Shown here: positions 40,073 to 49,389 of the stretch, piece after piece
Layout: every line of letters starts with the position of its first letter
Position numbering within the stretch: position 1 is the stretch's first letter
From: Oscillospiraceae bacterium
GTDB taxonomy: Bacteria; Bacillota; Clostridia; Oscillospirales; Ruminococcaceae
DNA length: 64,000 bases
Direction: 5' to 3'
Assembly (NCBI GenBank): GCA_017848125.1
Contig: JAGAJY010000013.1
Coordinates: forward strand, 1,555-65,554
The notes under the pieces: model-generated
Told to the model about the DNA's origin: nothing
Seen by the model: the letters and a program-made list of their open reading frames with translations, nothing else
Databases searched by the model: none
Translations under genes and position numbers: made by a program

Positions 40073-40093
40073 ACAGAAAAGGGAATCGTAAAT

Positions 40094-40954
40094 ATGAAAA
40101 CGGTTATCTGGCCTAATTTTTCAAAGAAAAACGCTTTTGAAACCACGGGAAAGGTATGCTCTACCTTACATAATATGGGCTTTGAGATATTATGCAGCGA
40201 AAAGCTCAGGGAGCGCTTTCCCAATAAAAAATATGTCAGATATACAGCAGTGGAAGACGCTGTAAGAGAATGTGACCTTATAATTGCTATCGGCGGTGAC
40301 GGAACTATCCTTGAAGCTTCTTCATATGCGGCAGAGTATGACAAGCTGCTGCTGGGGATAAATACGGGACGTCTGGGCTTTATGGCTTCTATGGAGACAG
40401 ATGAGCTTTACAATCTGTCACGGCTTATGAGCGGCGATTATACCATAGAAAACCGTATGATGCTTGACTGTGAATTTATTTGCGGAGAAAAATCCGAAAA
40501 ATATACAGCCCTTAACGACATTGTGATCTCAAGCCAGTTTGCAAGGCTTACCGATTTCTTTGTGTCGGTAAACGGCAGTATTGTCAGCAATGTCAGAGCA
40601 GACGGACTTATTTTTTCCACGCCTACAGGCTCTACTGCCTATGCTCTTTCGGCAGGCGGACCTATTCTTGAGCCGGGGCTTAAATGTATTCAGATGACTC
40701 CTGTGTGCCCTCATTCCCTTGTTTCAAGAACAATGCTTTTTTCTACGGACAAGGCTCTGGAGGTAACATTCCGTTCAAGGGACGATATTCCACTGTATCT
40801 GAGTGTTGACGGGCAGATATGCGGTAATGCGGAAAAGGACAGCAGACTTGTTGTTACACGTTCACAAAAATATCTGAGGCTTATTGACATTCAGGGAAAT
40901 TCATTTTTCAACGCTGTCAATAAAAAGCTGCTTGAACCCATAAAGGATATGTAA
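40094..40954 (+). CDS. nadK: NAD kinase
   Basis: 286-aa ORF with IAIGGDGTILEA (GGDGT motif) and STPTGSTAYALSAGGPI. Confidence 0.92.
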   Translation: MKTVIWPNFSKKNAFETTGKVCSTLHNMGFEILCSEKLRERFPNKKYVRYTAVEDAVRECDLIIAIGGDGTILEASSYAAEYDKLLLGINTGRLGFMASMETDELYNLSRLMSGDYTIENRMMLDCEFICGEKSEKYTALNDIVISSQFARLTDFFVSVNGSIVSNVRADGLIFSTPTGSTAYALSAGGPILEPGLKCIQMTPVCPHSLVSRTMLFSTDKALEVTFRSRDDIPLYLSVDGQICGNAEKDSRLVVTRSQKYLRLIDIQGNSFFNAVNKKLLEPIKDM

Positions 40955-40971
40955 TATACGAGGAAAAAACA

Positions 40972-41415
40972 ATGATTAAGTCTAAGCGACACGAAATTAT
41001 TCTGGAGATAATAAAAAACAGCTCTGTTGAAACTCAGGAAATGCTCAGAGAAAAGCTCCTTGAACAGGGGATAGAGGTAACTCAGGCTACCCTTTCACGA
41101 GATGTAAAGGAGATTGGACTGATAAAAAAGCAGGACAGATACTGCGTTCCGCAAAAAAGCTCAGAGGAGATCCCTCAGCTTATCAGAGAATCTGTAAATT
41201 CAGTTGATTATGCAATGAATATGGTTGTTTTCAAGTGTCATGCAGGAATGGCGATGGCGGCATGCGCAATGTTTGATAAGCTTGAATACAGCGGAGTTGT
41301 GGGAACTCTTGCAGGCGACGATACGATATTTATGGTAATGCGTTCGGAAAAGGACGCAGCCGCATTTGTAAAGGAAATGCAAAGCGTGATTTTCAGCAGT
41401 AAAAAGGGTGATTGA
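40972..41415 (+). CDS. argR: Arginine repressor
   Basis: 147-aa ORF. The winged-helix N-terminus reads RHEIILEIIKNSSVETQEMLREKLLEQGIEVTQATLSRDVKE. The C-terminal GTLAGDDTIFMV is the arginine-binding motif. Confidence 0.9.
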   Translation: MIKSKRHEIILEIIKNSSVETQEMLREKLLEQGIEVTQATLSRDVKEIGLIKKQDRYCVPQKSSEEIPQLIRESVNSVDYAMNMVVFKCHAGMAMAACAMFDKLEYSGVVGTLAGDDTIFMVMRSEKDAAAFVKEMQSVIFSSKKGD

Positions 41416-41416
41416 A

Positions 41417-43093
41417 ATGCTCAGTGAGCTTTATATAAAAAATCTTGCAATAATAGAAGAAGCGGCAATTCCGTTTTCGGATAATTTCAATGTGTTTACA
41501 GGCGAAACGGGTGCAGGAAAATCTATTCTTATCAATGGCATAAATGCTGTTCTCGGTCAGCGTATCACAAAGGATATAGTTCGTGCAGGTTGTGATAAAG
41601 CAGTAATAACCGCCTTGTTTACAGAGCTTTCGGATAATGTATGCGCAAGGCTTGACGAGCTCGGTATCGCTCACGAGGACAGACAGCTTACGCTGACAAG
41701 GGAAGTAAGCTCAGACGGCGGAAGCATTGCAAGAGTAAATTCCAGAGCCTCTACAGTGTCGGTTCTCCGTGAAATTGGTGAGTGCCTTGTGAACATTCAC
41801 GGACAGCACGATAATCAGATACTTATGGATCCCGAAAAGCATCTGTCAATTCTTGACAGCTATGGAGATCTTGAAGCACAGGCAGAAGATTACCGAAGCA
41901 GCTTCAGACAGCTTCAGGAAGTGTCCAGAAAGCTGAAAAAGCTGACTCTTGAACGCCGTGAGCAGCAGGAGCGTGAACAGCTTCTCCGTGAAAAAATAAC
42001 CGAAATAGGCTCTTTGGATATTTCCGAAAACGAGGACGAGGCTATAGAAGCTGAATACAAAATAGCTCAGAGCAGCGAAGAAATATGCTCATCACTTAAT
42101 GAAGCCTACAGCTTTATCAAGGGGATAGATGACAGTGATGTTCCGGGAGCAATTGAGCTTATTTCAAATGCCTGTGACGACATAAGCAGCTTTTCAGACA
42201 CAGTTTCGTCAATGAAAAGTCTGTCCGAACGTCTTGAAAATGTAAGGGTAGAGCTTGATGACATAGCTTCGGAGATTTCCTCGGAAATCGACAAGATAGA
42301 TATTGATGCAGAGCGTTATGCATATCTTTCCGAAAGGCTTAATGACCTTAACAGGATAAAGAAAAAATACGGTCCTGAGCTATCAGACGTTCTTGACTGC
42401 TATAATAAGGCTTCCGAGGAAATAAGCAGATTTGAGTCGTCCTCAGATGAAATTGAAGAAGTCATAAAAACAAGAGAACAGCTTCTTTCCTGTGTATCAG
42501 ACAAAGCAAAGCAGCTTTCGGCGGCAAGAGCAGAGGCGGCTGAACGTTTTTCGGCTCAGGTTGAGGAAGAACTCAGCTTTCTTGATATGCCTAATGTGAA
42601 AATAAAGGCTTCAATGGAAAAAGGCAAGCTGACGGCTGCGGGAATGGATTCGGTAGAGTTCCTTATCTCTACCAACGCAGGTGAGGGAATGAAGCCCATG
42701 TCAAAAATCGCATCTGGCGGTGAGCTTTCAAGAATAATGCTTGCTTTGAAAAACGTCATTGCTGAAAAGGATAATATCCATACACTGATTTTGGATGAGA
42801 TCGATACAGGAGTCAGCGGAAGAGCGGCACAGAAAATAGGTATCAAGCTTAAAAGCGTATCGGCTCATCAGCAGGTGCTTTGCGTTACCCATCTTTCCCA
42901 GATGGCTGTAATGGCTGATAATCACCTGCTCATTGAGAAGCAGACAAGGGACGGCAGAACCTACACCTCCGTTCATAAGCTTGATTTTGAAGAAAGAAAG
43001 CGTGAGATCGCCCGTATAATGGTAGGTGAAAACATTACCGATACCGCACTTAAAAATGCAGAGGAGCTTCTTTTGAACGGTGATAAAATCTGA
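41417..43093 (+). CDS. recN: DNA repair protein RecN (SMC-like ATPase)
   Basis: Begins MLSELYIKNLAIIEE...FTGETGAGKSILI (Walker A). Contains a long coiled coil, the signature ASGGELSRIMLAL and Walker B TLILDEID. Confidence 0.92.
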   Translation: MLSELYIKNLAIIEEAAIPFSDNFNVFTGETGAGKSILINGINAVLGQRITKDIVRAGCDKAVITALFTELSDNVCARLDELGIAHEDRQLTLTREVSSDGGSIARVNSRASTVSVLREIGECLVNIHGQHDNQILMDPEKHLSILDSYGDLEAQAEDYRSSFRQLQEVSRKLKKLTLERREQQEREQLLREKITEIGSLDISENEDEAIEAEYKIAQSSEEICSSLNEAYSFIKGIDDSDVPGAIELISNACDDISSFSDTVSSMKSLSERLENVRVELDDIASEISSEIDKIDIDAERYAYLSERLNDLNRIKKKYGPELSDVLDCYNKASEEISRFESSSDEIEEVIKTREQLLSCVSDKAKQLSAARAEAAERFSAQVEEELSFLDMPNVKIKASMEKGKLTAAGMDSVEFLISTNAGEGMKPMSKIASGGELSRIMLALKNVIAEKDNIHTLILDEIDTGVSGRAAQKIGIKLKSVSAHQQVLCVTHLSQMAVMADNHLLIEKQTRDGRTYTSVHKLDFEERKREIARIMVGENITDTALKNAEELLLNGDKI

Positions 43094-43111
43094 ATAGTCA
43101 GACCCGATTTT

Positions 43112-43345
43112 ATGATATACATTGACATTCCCGAAAAAATCCGGCTTGAAAGGGTGCTTGACAGAGATGGCTATATCGGTGACAGAGAGCAGATAAGGGC
43201 AAAATACGAAAATCGCTGTTTTCCTGCGGAGCGGTATTACACAGAAATGTGTTCTCCTGCGGAAAAAGCGGGCGGATTTTACGGTGACTTTGTAATCGGA
43301 TCTATTGAGTCGATATTTGCTGAGTGGTTGATAAAAAGGAGATAG
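43112..43345 (+). pseudogene. Probable remnant (C-terminal ~77 codons) of a P-loop nucleoside/uridine-kinase-like gene
   Basis: MIYIDIPEKIRLERVLDRDGYIGDREQIRAKYENRCFPAERYY resembles the lid/C-terminal half of uridine-kinase-type NTPases. No Walker A region and no Shine-Dalgarno sequence precede it, and recN ends 18 nt upstream. Confidence 0.45.
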
Positions 43346-43349
43346 TTAT

Positions 43350-43946
43350 ATGTTGACAAAGGATTCTGTAATGCAGAGGAGAAGTATAAGAAAATTTTCG
43401 GCAAAGGCTGTTTCTGTTGAAATAATCAAAGAAATTCTTGAAGCAGGCAGAGCCGCACCGTCTGCAAAAAACAGACAGCCTTGGAAATTCATTGTATTCG
43501 GCGGTGAAAGGAAAGATGAACTTTTAAGCTGTATGGAAAGGGGAATTGCAAGAGAGGAAGAAAAGCCCCTGCTTCCCGAGTCTGCAAAGGGCATTGCAGA
43601 TTGCAGGAATACTCTGCGGATAATGAAAGAAGCTCCAATTACAGTTGTAATCCTTAATACAAACGGGAAATCGCCTTTTGAAGAAATAAATTCCGACGAC
43701 AGGATAACGGAGATATGCGATACGCTTTCAATAGGGGCTTCGGTTGAAAATATTCTGTTAAGAGCGGCTGAACTTGGTATAGGGACGCTCTGGATAGCAA
43801 ACACCTGCTATGCGTACCCTGAAATCACAGAGTATCTGAATACAGACTTTCAGCTTGTGGGAGCGGTTGCTATGGGTTACGCAGAGGAAAAGCCTTCCGC
43901 ACGTCCCCGAAAGCCGATAGAAGATATTATTGAGTTCAGAATGTAA
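43350..43946 (+). CDS. Nitroreductase family protein (FMN-dependent)
   Basis: 198-aa ORF with RRSIRKF near the N-terminus, APSAKNRQPW, and a C-terminal EEKPSARPRKPIEDI, all typical of the nitroreductase fold. Confidence 0.8.
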   Translation: MLTKDSVMQRRSIRKFSAKAVSVEIIKEILEAGRAAPSAKNRQPWKFIVFGGERKDELLSCMERGIAREEEKPLLPESAKGIADCRNTLRIMKEAPITVVILNTNGKSPFEEINSDDRITEICDTLSIGASVENILLRAAELGIGTLWIANTCYAYPEITEYLNTDFQLVGAVAMGYAEEKPSARPRKPIEDIIEFRM

Positions 43947-44006
43947 ATGTTTATCCTATTAACAAAATGCTTTTTATGGCAGAAAATCCAAGATAGGAGA
44001 AATAAA

Positions 44007-44624
44007 ATGATAAACCGTATTATTGCCGATATTTCAGATTATATATTTGTATCGGACAAGCCTACAGAAGCCGACGCTGTATTTCTGCCGGGAGGCTCTC
44101 ACCCTCAGCAGCCCGAATATGCGGCTGAGCTGTATCATCAGGGAATGGCAAGGTGGATGATTCCCTCGGGAGGTGTGAGCGTTAAGCTTGAAAAATGGGC
44201 GGGAGTCCGTTCAAAGGCTGAAATATATAACGGAGATTATCAGTCTGACTGCGAATTTTTTACTGATGTACTTGTAAAAAACGGTGTTCCGCTGAGTGCA
44301 ATAATCGGTGAGGACAAGTCGGGGCATACCCGTGACAATGCCTTTCTTTCACGAAAAGCCGCTGATGAAAGAGGGGTTGAGATAAAGCGTGCTTTGATAG
44401 TATGCAAGGCTTTTCACGCAAGGCGATGTCTTATGCTGTATCAGATGGCTTTTCCCGAAGCCGAAATAAAGGTATGCCCTGTGTATTGCTATAATATTAC
44501 AAAGGACAACTGGTATAAATCCGAAAAAGGCATTGACCGTGTTCTGGGTGAGCTTGCACGCTGCGGAAATCAGTTTGCAGGAGATATAAAGGAATACTGT
44601 ATGAAAAACTGTGTAACTGATTAG
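44007..44624 (+). CDS. YdcF/DUF218 family protein
   Basis: I start the gene at MINRII, downstream of AGGAGA. ADAVFLPGG...MIPSGG and SGHTRDNA patterns are typical of DUF218 (ElyC/SanA/YdcF). Confidence 0.65.
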   Translation: MINRIIADISDYIFVSDKPTEADAVFLPGGSHPQQPEYAAELYHQGMARWMIPSGGVSVKLEKWAGVRSKAEIYNGDYQSDCEFFTDVLVKNGVPLSAIIGEDKSGHTRDNAFLSRKAADERGVEIKRALIVCKAFHARRCLMLYQMAFPEAEIKVCPVYCYNITKDNWYKSEKGIDRVLGELARCGNQFAGDIKEYCMKNCVTD

Positions 44625-44658
44625 TGCAAAATAAAAAAATTAGTAAAGAGGGTCCTTT

Positions 44659-45282
44659 ATGCGTTATGTTGATTTAATTGATAAAACGATTGAAAAAATC
44701 AGGGGCAAGGGCTATGATTTTAATATAGATACTGAAAATAAGAACAGCAGATTCGAGAAGTGTTATGACGAACTGAATAAGACAGCTGGAATTGCTTTTT
44801 CTGAGGATATAAAGGATATTTACAGAAAAAGCTCAATAAGCAGGATAAGGTGGGCTGACAGCACGGAAAGGGTTTATGGGTGCTTTGATCTGATCCCGAT
44901 CGAAGATATATTGAGCCTGCATAATGATATGGTTGAGGCTGCTGAGTCTGCTGCAGAATATGCTGTGACGGAGCGGGAGAAGGCTAATATATCTAAATTG
45001 GATATAGTTAATAATATGTATCCGATTTTTGATTTTTCATCGGGAGACAAGCTGTGCATAGAAAGCTCTACAGGTAAAATAGTGTTTTATGATTACTCGG
45101 TGAATGAGTTGGGGGATATTGACATTAACGGCTTGGTAATTGCCGAGAGCTATGATGAGCTTATAGAAAAATGGAGCAGTATTCTTTTTTTGGAAGGTTT
45201 TTGGTGGCTTACAGAATATGACCGCTGTGTAAATTCTGAGGGAATAAATCTGAATAATGAATACTTAAAGAATTTTGTTTGA
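44659..45282 (+). CDS. Hypothetical protein, SMI1/KNR4 (SUKH-1)-like immunity-type fold suspected
   Basis: 207-aa A+T-rich ORF. IAFSEDIKDIYRKSS, MYPIFDFSSGDKLCIESSTGKIVFYDY and ESYDELIEKW resemble the SMI1_KNR4 pattern (lP.d.k.ly / PFa.dg.Gd..c.d...G.V..wdh). Confidence 0.45.
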   Translation: MRYVDLIDKTIEKIRGKGYDFNIDTENKNSRFEKCYDELNKTAGIAFSEDIKDIYRKSSISRIRWADSTERVYGCFDLIPIEDILSLHNDMVEAAESAAEYAVTEREKANISKLDIVNNMYPIFDFSSGDKLCIESSTGKIVFYDYSVNELGDIDINGLVIAESYDELIEKWSSILFLEGFWWLTEYDRCVNSEGINLNNEYLKNFV

Positions 45283-45310
45283 TATTCGATTTCGCCATCT
45301 TGTGTTTCTC

Positions 45311-45886
45311 TCAAGTTTCTGTTTCTTTGCAGCAGTATAATTTTCCTAAAGTATCATTTCGTATTTCTTCTCTGAGTTTTATAAAATATTCGGAAAATGC
45401 TGTTTTATCATCTGCATATGTTAAATTGAACTCTTTTTCCATCTTTGTCCATGTTGATAAGTCGGAGATATTGTGCTGGATAAGTGCTTCAAGACTGTCA
45501 ATAGCCTTGTATATCTTTGCTTCAAGCGTTTCTCTTTTTGACATTTCATCAAATAATGCGGTCATTTCGCATCGGCAGTTTTCGGGCAGTGTATTTATCC
45601 ACATATGCAGCAGGACTTTCTCGTTTTTCTCGTCCTCTGCTGTTTTATCGAATGTGGGAATATCTCCTGTAAAGGCTTCGCCAAGATCGTGAATTATGCA
45701 CATTCTGATGACTTTATCCATATCTGCCTCCGGGAATTCGTCTTTGATAAAATATGCCATAAGTGTCATCATCCAGCTGTGCTCGGCAACGCTTTCACGT
45801 CTGCCGTTTTTGGTATAGCAGTGACGCACAGCGTCCTTCAGTCTTTCGGCTGTGCTCAGTGCTGTTAACAGTGCTCTTGCTTCCAT
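45311..45886 (-). CDS. HD-domain phosphohydrolase (YfbR-like 5'-deoxynucleotidase family)
   Basis: 191-aa ORF with RESVAEHSWMM and IIHDLGEAFTGDIP (H...HD...D metal ligands). Confidence 0.75.
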   Translation of the reverse strand: MEARALLTALSTAERLKDAVRHCYTKNGRRESVAEHSWMMTLMAYFIKDEFPEADMDKVIRMCIIHDLGEAFTGDIPTFDKTAEDEKNEKVLLHMWINTLPENCRCEMTALFDEMSKRETLEAKIYKAIDSLEALIQHNISDLSTWTKMEKEFNLTYADDKTAFSEYFIKLREEIRNDTLGKLYCCKETET

Positions 45887-45916
45887 AATATAACCTCCGT
45901 TTCTATAATAACCGCA

Positions 45917-45955
45917 AACAGCTTATTTCCGTAAAAAAGCGGAAATAAGCTGTTT
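45917..45955. terminator. Hairpin terminator between the hydrogenase gene and the HD gene
   Basis: 14-bp stem ACAGCTTATTTCCG / CGGAAATAAGCTGT, flanked by A-rich and T-rich runs. Confidence 0.7.
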
Positions 45956-45963
45956 TGATTCTA

Positions 45964-47490
45964 TCAGTCAAGATCGTCCTTTTCAAGCACGTCAAGGTCT
46001 GCAACATATTCTGTTTCAAAGGCAGCCTGCTTGTCTGCCTGCTTTTTGTATTTGTCAATGGCAAGAGTCGCCTTATTAACGGCGCAAAGAGTTCCCGCAC
46101 CAGCTACACAGCCGCCGGGGCAGCCCATTCCTTCAAGGAGGTAGCCCTTGTATTTGCCTGCTTTAGCCATCTGGAGCATCTTTTTGCACTCATGGAGACC
46201 CTGAGCTGAAGCGACCTTGACCTCTCTGTCAGGGGCGATCCGCTTTATTTCTTCCACAACAGCCGCTGCAACGCCGCCGCTTACGGCAAAACCTCGTCCT
46301 GCGCCTGTTCCTTCGTTCAGAGGCACATTCTCATCATCGGGGATTTTTTCAAGGTCAACGTCCTTTGCACCGAACATTCCCATAAGCTCCTCAAAGGTGA
46401 GAACAAAGTCAACATGGCTTCTGATGGTTCTGCGGCTTGCTTCAAGCTTTTTTGCCGAACACGGACCGATAAAGGCAATACGGCAGTCGGGATCCTTTTT
46501 CTTTTCAAGTCTTGCTGTGAGAACCATAGGAGTAAGCGCCATTGAAATGTTCTTTGCAAGGTCGGGGAAAAGCTTCTTTGCCATAACCGACCAGGAGGGG
46601 CAGCAGGAGGTAGCAAGGAAATCAAGCTTTTCGGGAACATTTTCCAGAAAATCCTTTGCTTCCTCAATGGTGCACAGGTCAGCTCCCACCGCAACCTCTA
46701 CAACGCTGTCAAAGCCCAGCTGACGCATAGCATAGGTAAACTTTTCGGGAGTCATTTTCGGACCGAACTGACCGTAAAACGCAGGTGCAACAATGGCAAC
46801 AACTCGCTTGCCTGTCTTGATAGCGTGAATAAGCTGAAATATCTGTCCTTTATCCGCAATAGCACCGAAAGGACAGTTGACAAGGCACATACCGCAGGAT
46901 ACGCATTTATCGTAATCAATGGTAGCTCTGCCGTGCTCGTCGCTTCCGATAGCGTCCATTCCGCAGGCTCTTGCACAGGGACGTTCAACCTTTAATATAG
47001 CGTGATATGGGCATACGTCCTTGCAGCGGCCGCATTTGATGCACTTGTCCTGATCGATTATGGATTTGCCGTGACGGATATGTATTGCGCCTTTTGGGCA
47101 TACTTCCTTGCAGGGATTTTCAAAACAGCCCTGACAAACCTCTGTAACATGATAGTGCAGGGTAGGGCAGGCATTGCAGGCAAAGCTGATAATATTTATC
47201 AGGGGAGGATCGTAGTATTTTTCGGCAATAGCACTCTGGTCAACGCCTTTTGATACGGGAGCATGCTCGCTTACGCATCTCAGGGGCAGGCCCATTGCAA
47301 GCCTCAGACGTTCTTCAACAATAGCTCTTTCAAGAAAAATGGATTCTCTGTGGGTTGCTACATCTCCCGGAACGATCTTGTAAGGCAGATCCTCCATTCT
47401 TGTATAATCTCCGCCCTCATAGGCAAGCCTTGCAACCTCGGTGAAAACCTTTCTGCGCATATCGGTTACAGATGAATATATACCTCTCAT
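45964..47490 (-). CDS. Monomeric [FeFe]-hydrogenase family protein with two ferredoxin-type 4Fe-4S motifs
   Basis: 508-aa ORF with two CxxCxxCxxxCP motifs (CIKCGRCKDVCP, CVSCGMCLVNCP). H-cluster motifs are present: TSCCPSW (L1), GPCSAKKLE (L2) and EGMGCPGGCVAG (L3). Confidence 0.8.
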   Translation of the reverse strand: MRGIYSSVTDMRRKVFTEVARLAYEGGDYTRMEDLPYKIVPGDVATHRESIFLERAIVEERLRLAMGLPLRCVSEHAPVSKGVDQSAIAEKYYDPPLINIISFACNACPTLHYHVTEVCQGCFENPCKEVCPKGAIHIRHGKSIIDQDKCIKCGRCKDVCPYHAILKVERPCARACGMDAIGSDEHGRATIDYDKCVSCGMCLVNCPFGAIADKGQIFQLIHAIKTGKRVVAIVAPAFYGQFGPKMTPEKFTYAMRQLGFDSVVEVAVGADLCTIEEAKDFLENVPEKLDFLATSCCPSWSVMAKKLFPDLAKNISMALTPMVLTARLEKKKDPDCRIAFIGPCSAKKLEASRRTIRSHVDFVLTFEELMGMFGAKDVDLEKIPDDENVPLNEGTGAGRGFAVSGGVAAAVVEEIKRIAPDREVKVASAQGLHECKKMLQMAKAGKYKGYLLEGMGCPGGCVAGAGTLCAVNKATLAIDKYKKQADKQAAFETEYVADLDVLEKDDLD

Positions 47491-47544
47491 AATTAAGCTT
47501 TGCTCCGTCCTTTCAGAATGATACAGTAAAAATCATATATTATA

Positions 47545-47573
47545 ATTTTACACAATATCCGACGGATTGTCAA
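47545..47573 (-). promoter_or_regulatory. Sigma-A promoter for the hydrogenase gene (TTGACA-17-TAAAAT on the minus strand)
   Basis: The reverse complement reads TTGACA (47568-47573), a 17-nt spacer, then TAAAAT (47545-47550). Confidence 0.55.
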
Positions 47574-47604
47574 GGCTAATCGGGGCATATTATAATATTT
47601 GGCA

Positions 47605-48342
47605 TTACATCATCTGCTTGTCAAGCTCCTTTTTAAGCTTTTTTATGATTTTCTTTTCCAGCCTTGAAATATATGACTGAGAAATGCCTATAATATCAGC
47701 GACTTCCTTTTGAGTAAGCTCTCTGCCTGTTTTCAGACCGAAGCGCATTTCCATAATAATGCGTTCACGCTCGGGCAGACTGCGGACAGTTTCAAGAAGC
47801 ACCTGCTTTTCTGCATCGTCCTCTATGCCGCTGTTGACGGTATCCTCATCTGTTCCCAGAATGTCCGACAGCAGCAGTTCATTGCCGTCCCAGTCAATGT
47901 TAAGGGGTTCATCTATAGAAATGTCATTCTTGTGCTGCGAAGTTTTTCTCAGAAACATCAGAATCTCATTCTCAATGCACCGTGAGGCATATGTAGCAAG
48001 CTTGATATTTTTCTCCGGGGAGAATGTGTTTACCGCCTTTATAAGACCGATAGTGCCTATTGAAACAAGGTCGTCAACACAAATGCCCGTTGATTCAAAT
48101 TTTTTTGCGATATAGACAACAAGGCGGAGATTATGAACGATAAGCTGTTCTCTGCCTCTGCGGTCGTCTGACATAAGCAGGGCAAAGGCTTCCTCCTCCT
48201 CGGTTTTGGTAAGGGGAGGGGGGAGTGTCTCGGGACCGCTTATGTAATATACGCCGTCCTCTGTACCGAATAGTTTTGCTGCAAGCTGTGCCGCAAGTCT
48301 GATAATCTCCTGAATCGAAATCATAATCACATTTCCTTTCAT
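47605..48342 (-). CDS. sigE: Sporulation sigma factor E precursor (pro-sigma-E)
   Basis: 245-aa sigma-70 family ORF lying directly downstream of spoIIGA. The pro-sequence and cleavage-region context read [22 protein letters not shown]. Region 2.4/4.2 motifs are present. Confidence 0.88.
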   Translation of the reverse strand: MKGNVIMISIQEIIRLAAQLAAKLFGTEDGVYYISGPETLPPPLTKTEEEEAFALLMSDDRRGREQLIVHNLRLVVYIAKKFESTGICVDDLVSIGTIGLIKAVNTFSPEKNIKLATYASRCIENEILMFLRKTSQHKNDISIDEPLNIDWDGNELLLSDILGTDEDTVNSGIEDDAEKQVLLETVRSLPERERIIMEMRFGLKTGRELTQKEVADIIGISQSYISRLEKKIIKKLKKELDKQMM

Positions 48343-48356
48343 AATTTAAGTTTGTT

Positions 48357-49190
48357 TCATACAAGTATTTCGGGGTTAAATACCGCAGATGACGCTTCAT
48401 TGGACGCTGCCCCCAAATAAACATCAGCACGGAATATTTCTCCTGTTTCAATGCACTTTATACATACCTCACGGGGACATATGACTGCAATAAGTCCCGA
48501 TGAGGATATGGTCGTACAGGGGATAAATCTCCATTTCCTGCCCTGTACAGCGTTGCCTGCGGAAATATCCTCCGTATCGGGAATACTTCCGTAAAGCTCA
48601 CAGAGAACTGAACGGGGACAGACTATTACATTTTTCCCCGTAAAGCTGTCTTTCAGCAGATTGCCAGTGTCAGATACGGCTTCAAAGGATACGACTTTTC
48701 CCATATCAGAAACGATCACCTTGTATGTACCCTGTCTGTCTGCGCCTGTTATCCGCTTGAATATGTAAATAATGAAATATGCGCTTACTGATGTTATCAC
48801 AAGGGCAGGCATGGAAAAATCCGCATATACTATGCCGTGTCTTGCAGTTATAAATCGTCCGTTTGTATTCCATGCAATGCAGGTGCCTATTCCGCCGTAG
48901 ATGAATGAGCAGAGATAGAATACCGCAAGCCGTCTGAAATATTGCCCGAAGCTTTCATATCCGAATGCAGAAAACACCGTTACGGCTGATGAAACGAGCT
49001 TGAGGGGCAAAACCAGAGCCCTGTATTCGGAGGGAATGAATATCGCAAGGGAAAAAAGACTTCCTACCACAGCTCCCAGTATGCATCTTGAAGCTTTTAT
49101 GCGGCTTCTTGTTATCACAGAAGCGGATTTTATCAGCAGAAAATCCACATAAATGTTTGTTATTATGAGTATGTCCGCATAGATAAACAT
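48357..49190 (-). CDS. spoIIGA: Sigma-E processing aspartic peptidase SpoIIGA
   Basis: I start the gene at MFIYADILIITNIYVDFLLI, 8 nt after GAAGGAG. It has five N-terminal TM helices and a C-terminal domain with DTGN (SDTGNLLKD, the aspartic protease motif). Confidence 0.85.
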   Translation of the reverse strand: MFIYADILIITNIYVDFLLIKSASVITRSRIKASRCILGAVVGSLFSLAIFIPSEYRALVLPLKLVSSAVTVFSAFGYESFGQYFRRLAVFYLCSFIYGGIGTCIAWNTNGRFITARHGIVYADFSMPALVITSVSAYFIIYIFKRITGADRQGTYKVIVSDMGKVVSFEAVSDTGNLLKDSFTGKNVIVCPRSVLCELYGSIPDTEDISAGNAVQGRKWRFIPCTTISSSGLIAVICPREVCIKCIETGEIFRADVYLGAASNEASSAVFNPEILV

Positions 49191-49222
49191 CAGCCGTTCA
49201 CTCCTTCTGCATTTCTTATATA

Positions 49223-49255
49223 ATTTTAACAGTAAACCAAGCGTCAATTTGTCAA
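49223..49255 (-). promoter_or_regulatory. Candidate spoIIG-type promoter with tandem TTGAC(A/G) boxes and an over-long spacer
   Basis: The reverse complement reads TTGACAAATTGACGCTTGGTTTACTGTTAAAAT. TTGACA is at 49250-55, TTGACG at 49242-47 and TAAAAT at 49223-28. The spacing is 21 nt from TTGACA and 13 nt from TTGACG. Confidence 0.35.
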
Positions 49256-49306
49256 AACAGGTCGTCCCTGAGAAACTCTTTCTCTTAAAAATACATAAAA
49301 TCTTTG

Positions 49307-49335
49307 TTGACTTTATACGTTTAATGTGTTATAAT
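49307..49335 (+). promoter_or_regulatory. Sigma-A promoter for the rnf operon (TTGACT-17-TGtTATAAT)
   Basis: TTGACT at 49307-49312, a 17-nt spacer ending in TGT, and TATAAT at 49330-49335. Confidence 0.6.
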
Positions 49336-49389
49336 TAACAAAATATCTGTGTTTGCAGAATATCAGCATACAGGAAAGGATTGAAAGTA

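Noticed and set aside
45279-45692. A 137-aa plus-strand ORF overlapping the HD-domain gene.
   Set aside because: It is antisense to an ORF with clear H...HD...D motifs. Its product is a Ser/Phe-rich low-complexity string.
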